In this document: piece after piece, positions 63,551 to 64,000 of the stretch
How the letters are laid out: each line of letters starts with the position of its first letter
How positions within the stretch are numbered: the stretch's first letter is position 1
Source: Octopus bimaculoides
Taxonomy: Eukaryota
Length of the DNA stretch: 64,000 nt
Direction of reading: 5' to 3'
NCBI RefSeq assembly: GCF_001194135.2
Contig: NC_068984.1
Location: 98,214,259 to 98,278,258, forward strand
Translations under genes and position numbers: made by a program
The notes under the pieces: generated by a model
Databases searched by the model: none
Seen by the model: only the letters and a program-made list of their open reading frames with translations
What the model was told of the DNA's origin: nothing

Positions 63551-64000
63551 GTGTATAAAGGTATATAGACACTAATTACAAATGTGGCTTTACTGAATGT
63601 AAGTAGGTTTGATTCATGTGAGAAGTGAAAATTGTGTAATTTTAAAGGGCAAGGGGCTGAAATATAAAACTTTTCACTTCTCACATTAATTGAATTTACT
63701 AACATTCCACTTTTCTTATTTTGAACAAATTGTTGCTGGACTTTACTCTGCATCAAGGGTTCTCAAACTATTGTCTTCTAGTGTACCTGTTTGTCAGGTC
63801 CAGCAGTGTTAGTATACTCCTTGTGAGGAACGTAGTGAAAATGGTTGCATGTTGTAAAATACAGTAGTGGATACCATAAAATGGACAATGTATAATTTGA
63901 TATTAATAATATTTGGGAAGTTAAAACTTCCAAACAACATATTTGACAATTTTTTATCTTTTTATAGATAATATTTACTAAATCTGAGATTGCACCATTG

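Overview
AT-rich, repeat-dense eukaryotic genomic DNA. The repeat families look like those of octopus; this is recalled, not searched. Four + strand coding exons of a BARD1 orthologue span the window: 2824-2975 (second half of the RING), 11831-12348 (linker and start of ankyrin 1), 46903-46983 and 61187-61359 (ankyrin repeats). The introns are 8.9, 34.6 and 14.2 kb, and the gene continues beyond both window edges. The introns hold decayed mobile elements: RTE, R4/Dong, Tx1/L1 and CRE-like LINEs, a Penelope-like fragment, two mariners, a Tc1, hAT- and piggyBac-type MITEs, a probable Helitron and several tRNA-derived SINEs. The main finding is hammerhead ribozyme motifs. One tRNA-headed SINE family (four clustered copies, 12.9-14.35 kb) carries a minimal type I hammerhead with a palindromic helix III. 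A second, unrelated hammerhead with an unusually long stem II lies at 30399-30500, downstream of the Penelope-like fragment. Several N gaps are flanked by exact duplications that are probably assembly artefacts. All calls were made by eye, so repeat boundaries are approximate unless a TSD or TIR is cited.
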